Of a DNA stretch of 64,000 bases, positions 29,424-42,002 are shown one piece after another. The DNA is taken from the NCBI GenBank assembly GCA_963751345.1, contig CAVVUS010000024.1, positions 64,001 through 128,000 of the forward strand. The letters are read 5' to 3'. The notes below the pieces were generated by a model, which worked only from the letters and a program-made list of their open reading frames with translations, was not told the origin of the DNA and searched no databases. Source of the DNA: an uncultured Chloroflexia bacterium (lineage in GTDB: Bacteria > Chloroflexota > Anaerolineae > B4-G1 > SLSP01). The translations under genes and the position numbers were made by a program. How positions within the stretch are numbered: the first letter of the stretch is position 1; each line of letters starts with the position of its first letter.

Positions 29424-32400
29424 ATGTGCCCTGTCGGTTCAGAGCTCAGGATTGAGATAAGCAAGGTCGGCAACAAATACGTCGCGGTCACGGCACAGGG
29501 CGACGGACAGGTTATCCTGAGGAATGAGTTTCAGCACGACTCGTCGGGCCCGCGTGACCTCCGGCCGACGTGGCTTCTTGCCGACAACGATCTTGCCGTA
29601 TCGGAGGATCCGCGCCAGGCGCGACGCGATGTTCGCGGCAAACCGAATCCCACGCGTGCCTCAACAGACGGTCGACGTCTATACCGGTATTTGTTCGGGA
29701 AGGGCAAGGAGCTTCGTGCGTACCTGGTAGAGCATCGCGCGGATGGTCCCGTTTACCTCACCCTTGCCATCGACCGCGAGGCCAGCTCTCTGTGGCGTCT
29801 TCCTTGGGAGTATCTGTTCGACGGCAAGGAATACCTATCTCTCAGCGGCAATATGCGCATCAGCCGCCGCGCCTCAGGCACCCGCTCGCTGATCCTCCAG
29901 CCGTCGACGCTGCCGCTTCGGGTGCTTGCCGTCATCGCGAACCCCGAGGACCAGGCGTCGTTTGACGTCGCCGCCGAATCGACCATCCTCCAGGAGTCGC
30001 TTGAGGATCTCATCAGCCAGGGGAAACTCGATCTGGAGATACTGGCCGAACCTACGAGTTCCGCACTGCTCGAAGCCGTACGGGCGAAGGCCCTATCAGG
30101 TTATCCATTTCATAGGCCACGGCGTCTATCACCTGGCCCAGCATGAGGGCTTCCTGTGCCTTGAAGATGAGATCGGCAAGACGGAACTCGTCAGCGGCGC
30201 ACAACTGCCGCGTTTCCTGGAGGCGAGCCTCTACGCATGGTCGCCACGGCTCTGCCTCCTCTCCACCTGTCAGAACGCACAGGTAGGCGTCTTTGATGCC
30301 TTTGCCGGCGTCGCCAGCGGGCTTCTGCAGCATGATTTCCCCGGCGTACTGACCGTTCCCGCGGGGATGGAGGCGTCCGCCGCGTTAGCCTTCTATAAGA
30401 CGCTGTACGGGGCTCTTGCCAGAGGCGACAAGCTCGTGGACAGTTTGCATGAGGCCCGCATCGCCCTGAAAAAACTGGATGAGGCATACGCTCTCGATCA
30501 ACAGCGGGTTAATTGGGGCCTGCCTGCTCTCTATCAACGGGCGCCGGACCTGCAGTTGGTCGATCCGGAGATTCCGGGTGAGAGCGCAGAAGGTGCGGGC
30601 GCTTCACCGCTCGTCGACACCGGCGCCCAGGTGATGCTAAAGCCGGTCATCGGCCGTAGGCAAGAACTCCAGGCCATCCGCAAAGCGCTGAAGGCCGGCG
30701 CCACAGTTTTCGAGATCTGGGGCAGTGAAGGCATTGGGAAGCGCGATCTGATGTTGCACCTGTTGCCGCGACTGAGGGCAAAGCCCAGTGCATCGCTCGT
30801 CGTTCATTGTCGTGAGGCCATCGAACCTCTCTCCGTGCTGGAAGATATCGCCGAGTTCTGGCGAGATGCTGCTGGCGACCCCGAGGACGAGGCAGCGGAT
30901 ATGCTGCTTGACCCGCGTCTCAATCCGCAGGAGCGTGCGCAGGCAGCCCAGAAACTCAAAGCGAAGAAACGATTTGTCTATTTGTTCGATGGGGTCGATG
31001 CGTGGTTTGACGACCCATCGCAGGCGCCGGGCTCGATCCAAGATACCATACTGCGAGAAATCCTGCTTGGCTTGTTGAGCGTGCCGAGCAGATCCACCTT
31101 CTTCTTCACGGGAGCGCGGCGATGGCAAGATCTCGCCAGGCTCGATACGGAGAACCGGCGCGAAATCCATCTGCCTCTCCTTCCGCTCCAACCATCCATT
31201 CGCCTGATGCACCAATGGCCCGAGCTCCGCCAGATCCCTCTCAGTGATAAGGAGGCCATCCACTGGCAACTGGGCGGCCACCCTATGGCACTGCAACTCC
31301 TGGCGGGGCTGCTGTATCTCGGTGAGGATCTCAACGCGCTTCTCGAATCACCCCCGGTCGCCGAGCGGTCGACAGAGGCGTGGATGACCTACTTGATCGA
31401 GGAGATCCTGGGACATCTTGATCCCGGAGAGTACGATGTTTTCAGGACCCTGGCGGTCCTTAAGCGACCGTTCTCGGCCGCTACAATCTCCGACCTCACA
31501 CCGGTCGCAGCCCAACACACAGGCGCCCTCGTAGAGAAGTGGCGACGTCTCGGGCTTATCGAGGAAGCTCACCCCGATCCCGCAGTTGCCGAGCGGTTCG
31601 TCGTGCAGCCCACGGTTCAACGCCTGATCCAGGGCCGGATGACGCCCGACGAGATCCGAGTACTTCATCGTCAGGCGGCTGCCTACTACGGGGCTCCACT
31701 GATTGACGCAGCTCGGCGGCAGGTATTGGCGCGAAATATCACGGCCTGGTCCCCGGAAAGGATCACGTGGCTTGCGCGCGACGAGAACGGCATCCTGGGT
31801 GTCTGGCTACGACAACCCGATGAGGCCACCCACCCACCCCGGATCGTTGAGCGCGCCATGGCGTGGGAGTACCATCTGGTTGCGGCTGGCGACTTGGAGG
31901 GTGCAGCCCACATCGCACGCACGCTGGCGCCGGAGCTCAACCGCCGGGGACAACGTGACCTTGCACGACGCCTGCACGAACGCGCCGCCAGCAGCGACTG
32001 GGACTATGGATTTGCGGCAACTGTTGCCGACCGTGTCGAAGAGCCCACCTCTGACCGTCTCCACCATGCGCTCCGGGTCTATCTGGAAGTCTATGAGTCG
32101 ATGGACCCAAAGGAAGGCGGTCGGCAGCGCGCCCACGTCCTTATGCGTGCTGGCAGCCTCTACCAGCGTCTGGGAAACCGCGATGCCGCTATCCAAAGCT
32201 TCAAATCAGCACTTGGTATGATGCGAACCGAGAAAGATGAAGAGGGCGAAGCCGAGTGTCTCTATAGGCTGGCGACGACCTATCGGGAAATGGCCGATCC
32301 CAGGCAAGCCCTTGTCTACAGCCAAGCTGCCATTGAACACTACGAGGCCCTCACCTATCCCTATGGCCTGGCTGCCGTGAAGCGTGAGCAGGGGCATATC

Positions 32401-32727
32401 CTCAAGGAACTGGGACAATTCGAGTATGCCTTGGGACGTTTTGCCGCAAGCCTGCAGCTATGCCGGGAGTTGGATGACCGGCAATGCATCGCCGAGAATC
32501 TGACTGAGATTGGCCTCCTCTTCGAGAGATTGGGCCAGACAGATATGGCCATCCAGGTGATCGAGGAAGCTCTTAACCACTACGAGTACCTGAAAAGCCC
32601 CGAACACGGCCAGGTCCTCTCACTGCTTGAGCAGCTCTATGTCAGGCAGCAGCGTCTCAACGACGCCTTGGCCAAGTTCAGCACTGCCAAGCAGAGCCCC
32701 CTCCCTAACCCTCCCCAGGGAAGGTAG
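29424..32727 (+). CDS. CHAT (caspase-like) protease - STAND-like NTPase - winged helix - TPR protein (indel near 30083)
   Basis: LPWEYL and PLRVLAVIANP; after one extra G, VIHFIGHG (His 30118) and LSTCQ (Cys 30268), WGLPALY; IGRRQEL, GSEGIGKR, YLFDG, GGHPMALQL; C-terminal TPRs. Confidence 0.85.
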
Positions 32728-32746
32728 TGGTCCGGAGGAGTTGCTC

Positions 32747-35700
32747 TTACGGCCCTACGATGAGGGTGCCCACGCGCGCTCGATCATCCGCGATCCGGGT
32801 CCCTCCCTCGTACAACGGCAGCCGCACCCCGCTAGCGGCATCGTAGAGCCCGACGTAAAGATCGTAGGTCCCGGCAGGCGCAGCACCGCCGAGTTCAAAG
32901 CTGTGCGCGTCGACGATGATTTCACCCGCGACCCACGTCATCGTCGGCGCCATTCCCTCATCTGGCCAGGCATCCGATTGGCCCCAAACCCGCCCATCAG
33001 GAGCCACGGCGTGAACAAAGACGGTGTAGTCCGCCGTGGCCTCACCCAACACGCGCCAATAGAGCGTGACCGTCAGAGCCGCACCGGGCCGCACGTCATT
33101 GGCCGAGATATCGGCGCCGATCAGCTGCGCCAGATCATCCGCGGTCACCGTGGACGCCCACTCCGGCATCCCTGGCAACTCAAAGCTATGCGAGCGCTGC
33201 ACAATGCTGACATCGCCCAGATAGAGACGGGATAGTGCTGCATCGTCGACAGGCCAGACATAGGCTGCGCAGGATGCTGCAGGCAGCGACGGCGACACAC
33301 GAGGCGCAAATCGCACGACGTACCGATATCCCACGGGCCATGTCGCCGGATCGTCCGTGGGCCACGTGAGAATGCCCCCATCTCCGCGCCGGCCCGCGCA
33401 GACAAGTTCCCAGTTAAGTGCCGCGGGTACCGCACCATCTTGGCGTTCCAGGCCCAGCGCAAAGCCCATCGTCCGGCCCGCCTGGAGCTGCTCGGCGGGC
33501 GGCTCATAGCCGATCACACGCAGACCCGGCCAGACCGCTCCGCTCGGCTGGGCCAGGTCAAGCCCGGGCGCGGGATGGGGTGCCGGCAGCACTTTGACCT
33601 CGCCAAGCGCCAACTCCGTCCCCCCGAAGGCGCCATTGGATTGGGTATATCCCAACCACCCATCGGCACCGGCCAGACCCAACACTAACCGGTAGGTGCC
33701 CGGCGGCAAGGAGAGCGGAATCGACGCATAAGACTCAGCATCGGTGATTTCCTTGACGGGCCATGCCTGCGCAGGCCAGTCCCAGTCGTTCAGCGCTCGC
33801 CGCCCACCCTCGGTCCAGACAATATCGTCCTGGCCCGTCTCGTCGCGAAGGGCCAGGTAGGCAGTGAGTTCGCCCAATCGGGTCTGTGGCTCCCAGCGCA
33901 ACCGTACGATCAAGGGGTCTGGTGCCTGGACCTGATCGGGCCAAGCAGCGGAGATCAGGTCCACGGCTCCTGCGAAGCGCCCGAAATAGGGCAACGCTGG
34001 CGGCATAGGTGAAGTCCTGGTACACATCTCGCTCTGGAAGCCGAGCATCGAATCTTCGGGCTCGCATACGAGCGATCCGTCCGCCAACGCTGCGTCCATC
34101 ACAGCATGGATCTGCACCTCGGTCAGCGGATAGCACTGCGGCGCATGAAGCCACACAAAGGCGTCGCCGGTCTCGATACGCCCTTCAAGCCACGCCTGGA
34201 GCCGGGTGGTGTCCGTAACCGGGGGAGCCGCGTCTAACGGAAGACCCGGAAGAGGGCCAGGGGCAATAATGGGCCACCGCGATGTTGGAGCCGGCGAGCG
34301 TACATAGACCTCAGCCTGCCGCCGTCCCGCGGCCCATACGTCATCCAGAAGCTGATAACCCTCTGGCGCATACGGAGCGATCAGCAGATCCGTACACCCT
34401 ACCTGTTCGTCGGCCCACGGCCAGGTCTTGCCCGCGAAGATCCCTGCTGTCCCGGGTACGTTCTGTGTCATCAACGTCAACGAAGGCGCCTCAGGCGAGG
34501 GCAGAAGATCGTTGAGCTTGTGGGCGGCCAGTCCCGACGCCTCGCCCCATCCCAAGGGAACGACATACTGAGCCAAACCCGGCCCTCCAAAAAGGGGATC
34601 GGCGTACTGCAATGGGACGACGGCGACCCACGCCCACGGCAACAAGAGGAGTGCCAGCAGGCCTTGGCGCCACTTCCGCTGGACGCGACGCCAGCCAAGC
34701 GCTGCGACGATCGTCAGCAGCGGGACGACGGTGAGCACGTAGCGGTCGAACTTCTTGCCGGCAATTGTGATGGCGACAAGATAGGTGACGGCCGGGAGCA
34801 GACCCCACCAGGCCAACGTTGCCGGTTTCGAGTCGCTCGTGCGGCCTGGAGCGGCCCGTCCAGCCCAGAGTCCACGCCCAGCGGAGACCGCCAGAGCGGC
34901 CAACCCAAGTAATACCGGCGTTGTCAGACGAAAGAGCAGGACCACAAGGTAGAACCAGGGACCCGGATTGGTGCTCGTCTCGCCGGCGAAAAACACCGGT
35001 CGGAGCCCGATCCCCTCGTGGTAGGTCACAGCAGAGATGAGTGAGCGAACCGCCGATGAGGTGTCGATCCACGCCGGAGGATATAGAACCACGAGAAAGA
35101 CGAGGGTCAGGACCGCAAGGAGCCCAACGCTCACGATCCGCTTCCACAAAGGTCCTCTCCAAAGCACCAGGACGGCGACGGCCAAGCCGGGGGCAGCCAG
35201 TAATCCCAGCATCTTCGTCAGTCCTGCAAGCGCCAGGAGGAGTGCTGCACCAGGCCAGCGAGAGAAGCTGGGGTGCAAAAGCCGCAGGGCCTGGCCCCAG
35301 AATGGAAGCGAGGCGGGATCGCCAGCAGCACCGCTAACAGGACGAAGGTCGCCTGAAGCGCGTCGGTGTGTAGCAAGCCGGCATATCCTGAGAAGAACGG
35401 GTCGAGTGCCAGGAACAGCGCCAGCAGCCGAGCCGTCTTTTCTCCCAGCCTGCTTCGCCCGATCACGTAGGCGAGGGCCAATCCGGCAGAGGCAACGATT
35501 GCGACGGAGATGCGACCGGCGGCGAGAAAGTAGACCAAGTGCGGAAATGCAGCGCTGTTCTCCGGAGCGAGGTCGGCGATGTGGGAGATCCAGTCCAGAT
35601 GCACCGCAGCTTTCGCCGGGGAGATGCGCTCCGTGACCCATGCCCCAAGCGCGCCCAGGGCCATCGTCGTCATGCCGGGATGTCCGGTCTGGGGTATCGC

Positions 35701-35880
35701 GGTCAGGTCGCCCGCCCTAAGCGCTTCCAGCAGCCGCAGGCTGCGCAAGACCCATATCGGCTCGTCGGGCGTGACATAGAGGCCCAGCGGCATCAGGCGT
35801 ACGAAAAGCGCCACGACGAATATCGCGGCGCTCAACCGGCGGGGCCAGATCGATGATCCGTTCTTGGTCAGGCGCCCCAC
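32747..35880 (-). CDS. GT-C (ArnT/PMT-like) membrane glycosyltransferase with extracellular beta-sandwich repeats (indel near 35300)
   Basis: GTG 35880; TPDEP.W, GHPG, LALDPF, LHTD, LTK, KFDRY and many TMs; C-terminal LYW...DYTVFVH...W..GE...D...G.Y.L.VGLY repeats. Confidence 0.78.
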
Positions 35881-35881
35881 T

Positions 35882-36850
35882 CTACTCCTCGCGTCTGATC
35901 GCGTAGATCGGCTTGTTCTGCACCTCGAAATACGTCCGGGCCTGGACTTCGCCCAAGAGCCCCATAACCAGGAACTGAACACCGAGAATCATCAGCAGGA
36001 TCGCAAGTGACAGCAGCGGTCGATTTCCGATATCCACGCCTGTGGCCAGCTTGAGGACCGCGAGATAGAGGCCGAGCAAGAAACCGACGCCGCCACTGAT
36101 CAAACCGGCCAGGCCAAAGAGCTGCATCGGCCGCGCCATATAGCTCAGCAGGAAGGAAACAGTCAAGAGATCCAGTACCACGCGCACGGTCTTCGTGAGG
36201 TTGTATTTCGACTTACCGTAGGTCCGTGGGCGATCGTTCACAGCCACTTCGGCGATCCGAACCCCCAGGCCCGAGGCCAGGGCCGGTATGAAGCGATGCA
36301 GCTCGCCGTAGAGGTTCACATTCTTGGCCACGTCACGATGGTAGATCTTGAGCGAACAGCCGTAGTCGTGAAGTGCAATCCCCGTAGATCTGCCGATGAT
36401 ACGATTCGCCAACATCGAGGGCAACCTTCGCGATAGGAGTGGCTCCTTGCGCTCCTGGCGCCAGCCGCTGACGATATCGTAGTCGCCCTCCTCCATCACC
36501 TTAAGCATCGGGCCGATATCCGCGGGATCGTTCTGACCGTCAGCATCCATCGTGATGACGTAGAGGCCACGGGCAAGGTCGAAGCCGGCGGCGAAGGCCG
36601 CCGTTTGGCCGAAGTTCCGCCGAAAGCGGATGATCCGGAGGTGCGGCTCCTGCGCTTTCAGCTCCCGCAGAATCGCAACGCTATCATCCTTGCTCCCATC
36701 ATCGACGGCGACAATCTCATAGGTCCGGCCGATGGACTGTAGAGCAGCGGATAGTTCGGGGATAAAGAGCTGTAGGTTCCCTGCCTCGTTGTAGATGGGC
36801 AGAACGATGGATATATCCAGTTCGGGGTCTCCGACGTGCTTCTCTGTCAT
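35882..36850 (-). CDS. GT2 polyprenol-phosphate glycosyltransferase (ArnC/DPM-like)
   Basis: P.YNE, VDDGSKD, RNFGQTAA, MDADGQNDP, DYGCSLK, ELHRFIP, two C-terminal TMs. Confidence 0.92.
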   Translation of the reverse strand: MTEKHVGDPELDISIVLPIYNEAGNLQLFIPELSAALQSIGRTYEIVAVDDGSKDDSVAILRELKAQEPHLRIIRFRRNFGQTAAFAAGFDLARGLYVITMDADGQNDPADIGPMLKVMEEGDYDIVSGWRQERKEPLLSRRLPSMLANRIIGRSTGIALHDYGCSLKIYHRDVAKNVNLYGELHRFIPALASGLGVRIAEVAVNDRPRTYGKSKYNLTKTVRVVLDLLTVSFLLSYMARPMQLFGLAGLISGGVGFLLGLYLAVLKLATGVDIGNRPLLSLAILLMILGVQFLVMGLLGEVQARTYFEVQNKPIYAIRREE

Positions 36851-36927
36851 TCAGCCTACTTTCCGATCGAGAATCAGTGCCAACCCACGTGTTCTACCAC
36901 GAAGGGAGCAGCAAGCAACTGCCACGC

Positions 36928-36955
36928 TTGACAGACCTCCCAAGGAAGCTATAAT
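36928..36955 (+). promoter_or_regulatory. Consensus sigma70 promoter of rpmG
   Basis: TTGACA-N16-TATAAT. Confidence 0.8.
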
Positions 36956-37038
36956 GCCTGGGCATAAAGAAGTGACAGATCTGTCGGCTGATTGTCCACG
37001 AGCAATGACTCAGCCTGGAATTATGAGGAGGATGGACT

Positions 37039-37200
37039 ATGGCAAAGAAGGGCGCGCGCATTCTGGTCAAGATGAAGAGCACCGAGAGCGGACATATGTA
37101 CTACACGCAAAAGAACCGCCGCAATGACACCCAGCGGCTGGAGCTGCGCAAGTACGATCCGGTGGTCCGCCGACACGTTATCTATCGCGAGACGAAGTAG
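37039..37200 (+). CDS. rpmG: 50S ribosomal protein L33, cysteine-free form, 53 aa
   Basis: [53 protein letters not shown]; SD GAGGAG; below the ORF-track cutoff. Confidence 0.96.
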   Translation: MAKKGARILVKMKSTESGHMYYTQKNRRNDTQRLELRKYDPVVRRHVIYRETK

Positions 37201-37243
37201 TCTCTCGCTCTGCCATCTGACCTAGGTCAAGTCGGACCTATCG

Positions 37244-37275
37244 CCACGGTGCTCTTTCTGAGCACCGTGGTTTTT
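37244..37275 (+). terminator. rpmG terminator
   Basis: CCACGGTGCTC-TTTCT-GAGCACCGTGG-TTTTT. Confidence 0.88.
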
Positions 37276-37392
37276 CGTACTTGGGGCATGGTCATTTTGG
37301 GCTATAACAGTATAATATATATAGCTTATAGTAGCCCGTGATGGTGGGCCAATCCATCAAGACATCAGCATCATAATGAGGAAGTGCCAATA

Positions 37393-39934
37393 ATGACAGA
37401 AACCAGAACGACATCCAAAGGGCAGAAGGCAACTGGACATACCGGTGCAAGGCATGACTTGTGCTTCGTGTGTCAACCACGTACAGAAGGCGTTGAGTCG
37501 CGTAGATGGTGTCGGGCAGGTCAACGTTAACCTAGCGACGGAAAAGGCTTCCTTGTGGTTCGATCCCAAAGTCACCACCGGTGATCTGGTCAAAGCAGTG
37601 CGCGACACCGGCTACGATGTAGCCACGGAGTCAATGGATCTAGCCATCGGCGGGATGACGTGCGCATCGTGCGTGGCTCACGTACAAAAGGCGCTGAGCA
37701 AGGTCCCGGGCGTGATCGACGCCAACGTCAACCTTGCTACAGAGCGAGCATTCGTGACGTTCGTTCCCGGGGCGGCGGGCCTGGTGGACTTCACGGCCGC
37801 GGTAACCGATGCGGGTTACGAAGTTGTCGCCCGGGTAGACGACGAAGCATTGCAGGGCGAAGCCGCTCGTGACATCGACGACGAAGCCGAGCAACGTATG
37901 GCTGCAGCACGCCGTCGGATGTGGACTGCATGGGCATTCACGATAGTCGTTATGCTCTGGATGCTTCCGGAGATGCTGTTCGGCATCGCCTGGCCAAACG
38001 GTGTCGTCTTCAATCTCGGCATGATCGTGCTGGCGCTGCCGGTGCTTTTCTGGGTGGGGCGCAAGACCTACAGCAGCGGTGTTCGCGCCGCACTGCACGG
38101 CTATGCCAACATGGATACGTTGATTACCCTGGGCACGGGTGCATCCCTGCTCACAGGTCCGGCCTCTTTCTTCGCGCCCGTGGCCAACTATGCGGGCGTC
38201 TCCGCCATGATCATGGCCTTTCACCTCACAGGACGATACATTGAGGAGACGGCCAAGGGGCGAGCTTCTCAGGCAATCCGCAAACTCCTGGAACTAGGAG
38301 CCAAGACGGCGCACCTGGAACGCGACGGGTTGGAGGTTGAGGTACCGATCGAGCAAGTGCAAATCGGCGATCTGATGATCGTGCGTCCCGGCGAAAAGAT
38401 ACCGACCGACGGGGTGGTAGCTAGCGGTGAGAGTGCTGTCGACGAATCAATGGCGACAGGTGAGTCCATGCCCGTGACAAAACGAGAGGGGGACGAAGTC
38501 ATCGGTGCTACCGTCAACCAGGAAGGGCTTCTCAAGGTCAGCGCAGCACGGATCGGCAAAGACACCTTCTTGGCGCAGGTCGTCAAACTTGTGGAGCAGG
38601 CACAAGGCACGAAGGTGCCGATCCAGGCCTTTGCTGACAAGGTGACGGCTGTCTTTGTGCCGATCATCATCGCGATTGCGGTGCTGACGTTCCTCTCGCG
38701 CCTGATCTTCCCTGAGGCGACGCGGTCGCTGACCGCTCTCGGGGCTTTCCTTCCCTGGGTCAACCCGAACCTGAGCACGCTAACCCTGGCGATCGTGTCG
38801 ATGGTCTCCGTCTTCGTGATTGCATGTCCCGTGCGCCCTGGGGCTGGCAACCCCTACGGCCCTGATGGTGGGGAGTGGTAAAGGCGCGGAGCACGGTATC
38901 CTCATTCGCAGCGGGGAGGCTATTCAGACGCTGAAGGACGTCAAAATCGTGATCTTTGACAAGACGGGCACGATAACCAAAGGTAAGCCCGACGTCACAG
39001 ACATCGTGGCACTTCCCACGCCCGACAACAATGGGGCGGGCGTGAATGCCGAGACGCAATTGCTGACCTGGGCGGCAAGCGTGGAAAGAGGGTCGGAGCA
39101 CCCCCTAGGCAGGGCCATTGTGGGACGTGCCCAGGCGGACGGCCTGACGTTGTCCGAGCCCACAGTGTTTCGTGCCATCCGGGGCAAGGGCGTCATCGCT
39201 AACATCGACGGTCACGAGGTCCAGGTCGGTTCGCGCAGGATGATGGAGGAAGCCGGAACGCCCATCACAGCGCTCGTGTCGACCGTCGCCGACCTCGAAG
39301 GAAGCGGCAAGACTGTTATGCTCGTCGCCGTCGACGGTGAACTCAGAGGCCTCCTCGGCGTCGCCGACACCCTCAAGGAGGATTCGGCGGACGCAATCAA
39401 AGAGCTCCGCCAACTCGGGATTCAGACAGCTATGATCACCGGCGACAATGTCCTTACGGCCGAAGCCATCGCCAGGCGCGTCATGATCGACCACGTCGTG
39501 GCCGAGGTGTTACCCGATGGCAAGGTCGACGAGGTTCGGCGCCTCCAGGATCGGTACGGTGTCGTCGCCTTCGTCGGTGACGGCATCAACGACGCGCCGG
39601 CTTTGACACAGGCGAATGTCGGCATCGCCATCGGCACAGGCACGGATATCGCCATCGAGGCCAGCGACGTGACGCTGGTCCGCGGCGCGTTGACCGGTGT
39701 CGTGGAGGCAATCAACCTTAGTCGGGCCACCTTCCGGAAGATTCGCCAGAATCTCTTCTGGGCATTCTTCTACAACGTCATCATGGTCCCGTTGGCCCTG
39801 ATGGGATGGATGCACCCGCTGCTGGCCGAAGTAGCGATGGCGACCAGCTCCATCACCGTCGTCACCAACGCGAACCTTTGAAGAGGATCAATATCCGTCC
39901 GGATTACGCAGTCAAGGAAACATCCCTGGGATAG
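37393..39934 (+). CDS. copA: Cu(+)-exporting P1B-1 ATPase (indels near 37429, 38830, 39878)
   Basis: Two GMTCASC domains, TGES, CPC (split by an indel), [19 protein letters not shown] and MATSS motifs; corrected end ...[24 protein letters not shown] 39934. Confidence 0.92.
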
Positions 39935-40018
39935 CGGGGACCAAGGCTGCAGTCGTAGTTGGGCCATGATTGTGGCTTGATGTGTAGACGTCACCTATAG
40001 TGTGGGAGACCATTAGCG

Positions 40019-40551
40019 ATGGCGAAACACTGGAGCAGTCGCAGAGGGAGACGCCGACAGACGTTGGCCGTGCCGTTTGTTCTCGCAGCGGCGGCCATCG
40101 TGGCGCTCGGGCGCACTGATCTACGAGGCTGCTCGCCCAGAGCCGGGTCGGGCCGATGCCGGACTTGGGCCACCAGCATATCCTACCCCCCGGAACGATC
40201 GACTTCTACAACTCCACCCCACCCACCTCCGGCCCGCATTACGGGTCATTGGCACCGTGGGGCATCCACACGACGCCGATACAGAATGAGCTGCAGGTGC
40301 ACAATCTCGAGGATGGTGGGTGTTATGGTCCAGTACAATTGCCCGGAGGGCTGTCCCGGACGTCGTGGATCAACTTACGGCGATCGTCAGCCGGTACGAC
40401 CAGCAAGTGATCCTGGCACCCTACCCCGGCATGGCCGTGAAGATCGCCCTCACGGCATGGGGACGCATCGAGACCCTCGACACCATCGATGAAACCAAGA
40501 GTCGTAAGGTTTATCGAGGCTTATCGAGGGATCTACCACCACACAGGTTAG
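40019..40551 (+). CDS. DUF3105-like membrane-anchored protein (several indels)
   Basis: Fragments in different frames: N-terminal hydrophobic segment, YNSTPPTSGPHY, VHNLEDGG, VQYNCP.GC, APYPGM..KIALTAWGR. Confidence 0.7.
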
Positions 40552-40687
40552 TGCAGTCACACTGCATCGGTCTTTACGGTGACCGGTCGACCGGTTCTGC
40601 AGGAAGCCACGAGTAAATCAGGCCCACGGCTTTGCCTTCTGCGGATTCGGGGCTAGACTGACGTAGACATCCGAAGGCGGATGCAAA

Positions 40688-40718
40688 CGGGGCGCACAAG
40701 CTGCGCCCCGTATTCTTC
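40688..40718. terminator. GC hairpin, probable terminator
   Basis: ACGGGGCGCA-CAAGC-TGCGCCCCGT followed by ATTCTT; preceded by CATCCG-AAGG-CGGATG. Confidence 0.5.
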
Positions 40719-40744
40719 CATTACCCTACTTAACGAGGTCATTT

Positions 40745-41970
40745 ATGAAGCGACTCTTGCGAGCGGCTCAATTTCGACACGACTATCTGGACCCAGTACT
40801 TGATCTTCCTGGCCGTCTCGGGATTCATGCAGCGGTTCGGCCAAGGTCTGCTGAATGGTGCTCGCACCAATTTCTTCATTGACACGCCTAGGGCTGAGCG
40901 GGAACCAGGTGCTATGGCTGGAGGGAATTCGCGAGATCCCCGGCTTGGCGCTGATCTTTATCGCTGCGCTGACGATGCGCCTCCCGCTTATCATATCGAA
41001 CAGCCGCTGCGATCTCATCACCGGCATTGGCTATGGGCTTTACGCATTCGTGCACTCATACACAGTCGCTTCTGGCCGTCGCCATAGGTGCGAGCCTGGG
41101 TCTCCATATGTGGATGCCACTCAACAGCTCGCTCGCCATATCACTGAGTCCCAAGGGGCGTGCCGCTAGCGTGATGGGCATTCTCAACGGTGTCGGTTCG
41201 CTCGCCGCGATTGTAGGTATGGGTGCCCTGGCCCTCGTCTCAAAGATCGCCGGCGAGATCCCTTTGACCGCATACTACCTTGTTGGGGGCGGCTTTATCG
41301 TTGTCGCCGGCTTGCTGGTCCTCCGCATTCCTCCCACCGCCGGGGCCACAGCAGAGGCTCCCCCGCGCATGCTCCTCAAGGGGCGTTACTGGCTCTACTA
41401 CGTCCTCACCTTCTTTCAGGGCTCGCGCAAACAGGTCCTCAACACCTTCGGCATGTTGGTTCTGGTGGATACCTTCAAACTGCAGGTGTGGCAGATCAGC
41501 CTGATTCTCGTAGCGAGCAGCGTCGTCAACCTTGTGGGCTCTCCCTATCTTGGCCGCCTGATTGATCGCTTCGGCGAGCGGAAGATGCTCACGGCGAGCT
41601 ACACGATCCTGACGCTAGGCTGCGTCGGCTTCGCCACCGTCGGCAGCGTGCCGGTTCTGATCCTCTGCTGTTGGTGATCAAGTTGCTCGTGACGATGGAG
41701 ATGGCACTCAATACCTACGTGTACCGCTTCGACGCCTGCAGAGGAACTGACCCCTACGCTCAGCGCGGGTATCAGCATCAACCACGTCACCTCCGTAGCT
41801 ATGCCGCTGGTGGCCGGCGCCGTCCTACCGCTCGTCGGCTACGAAGGCATCTTCCTGGGCGCAGCGGCCTTGATCCTGGTGTCGATCCCGTTCGTCTTTG
41901 CCATGGAAGGCAACAGGACCCGCCACCCAGGCCCTGCCGATGGCAGCCCCATACGGCCGCAGGAGGGTAG
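40745..41970 (+). CDS. MFS transporter (at least 4 indels)
   Basis: Hydrophobic fragments LEGIREIPG, RYWLYYVLTFFQGSRKQV, GRLIDRFGERK (MFS motif A) and SAGISINHV lie across frames. Confidence 0.75.
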
Positions 41971-42002
41971 CTAGGGGAGACCAAGTGCACCCCATAGAGA
42001 GT

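Noticed and set aside
37565-37571. CCCAAAG in copA, like the E. coli copA -1 frameshift site
   Set aside because: Wrong phase (CCC AAA G rather than C CCA AAG) and inside the first metal-binding domain rather than after it.
40575-40640. c-di-GMP-I riboswitch-like GCAAAGCCGTGGGCCT on the minus strand
   Set aside because: The GAAA-tetraloop P2 stem is missing, P3 pairs poorly, and there is no downstream gene on that strand.
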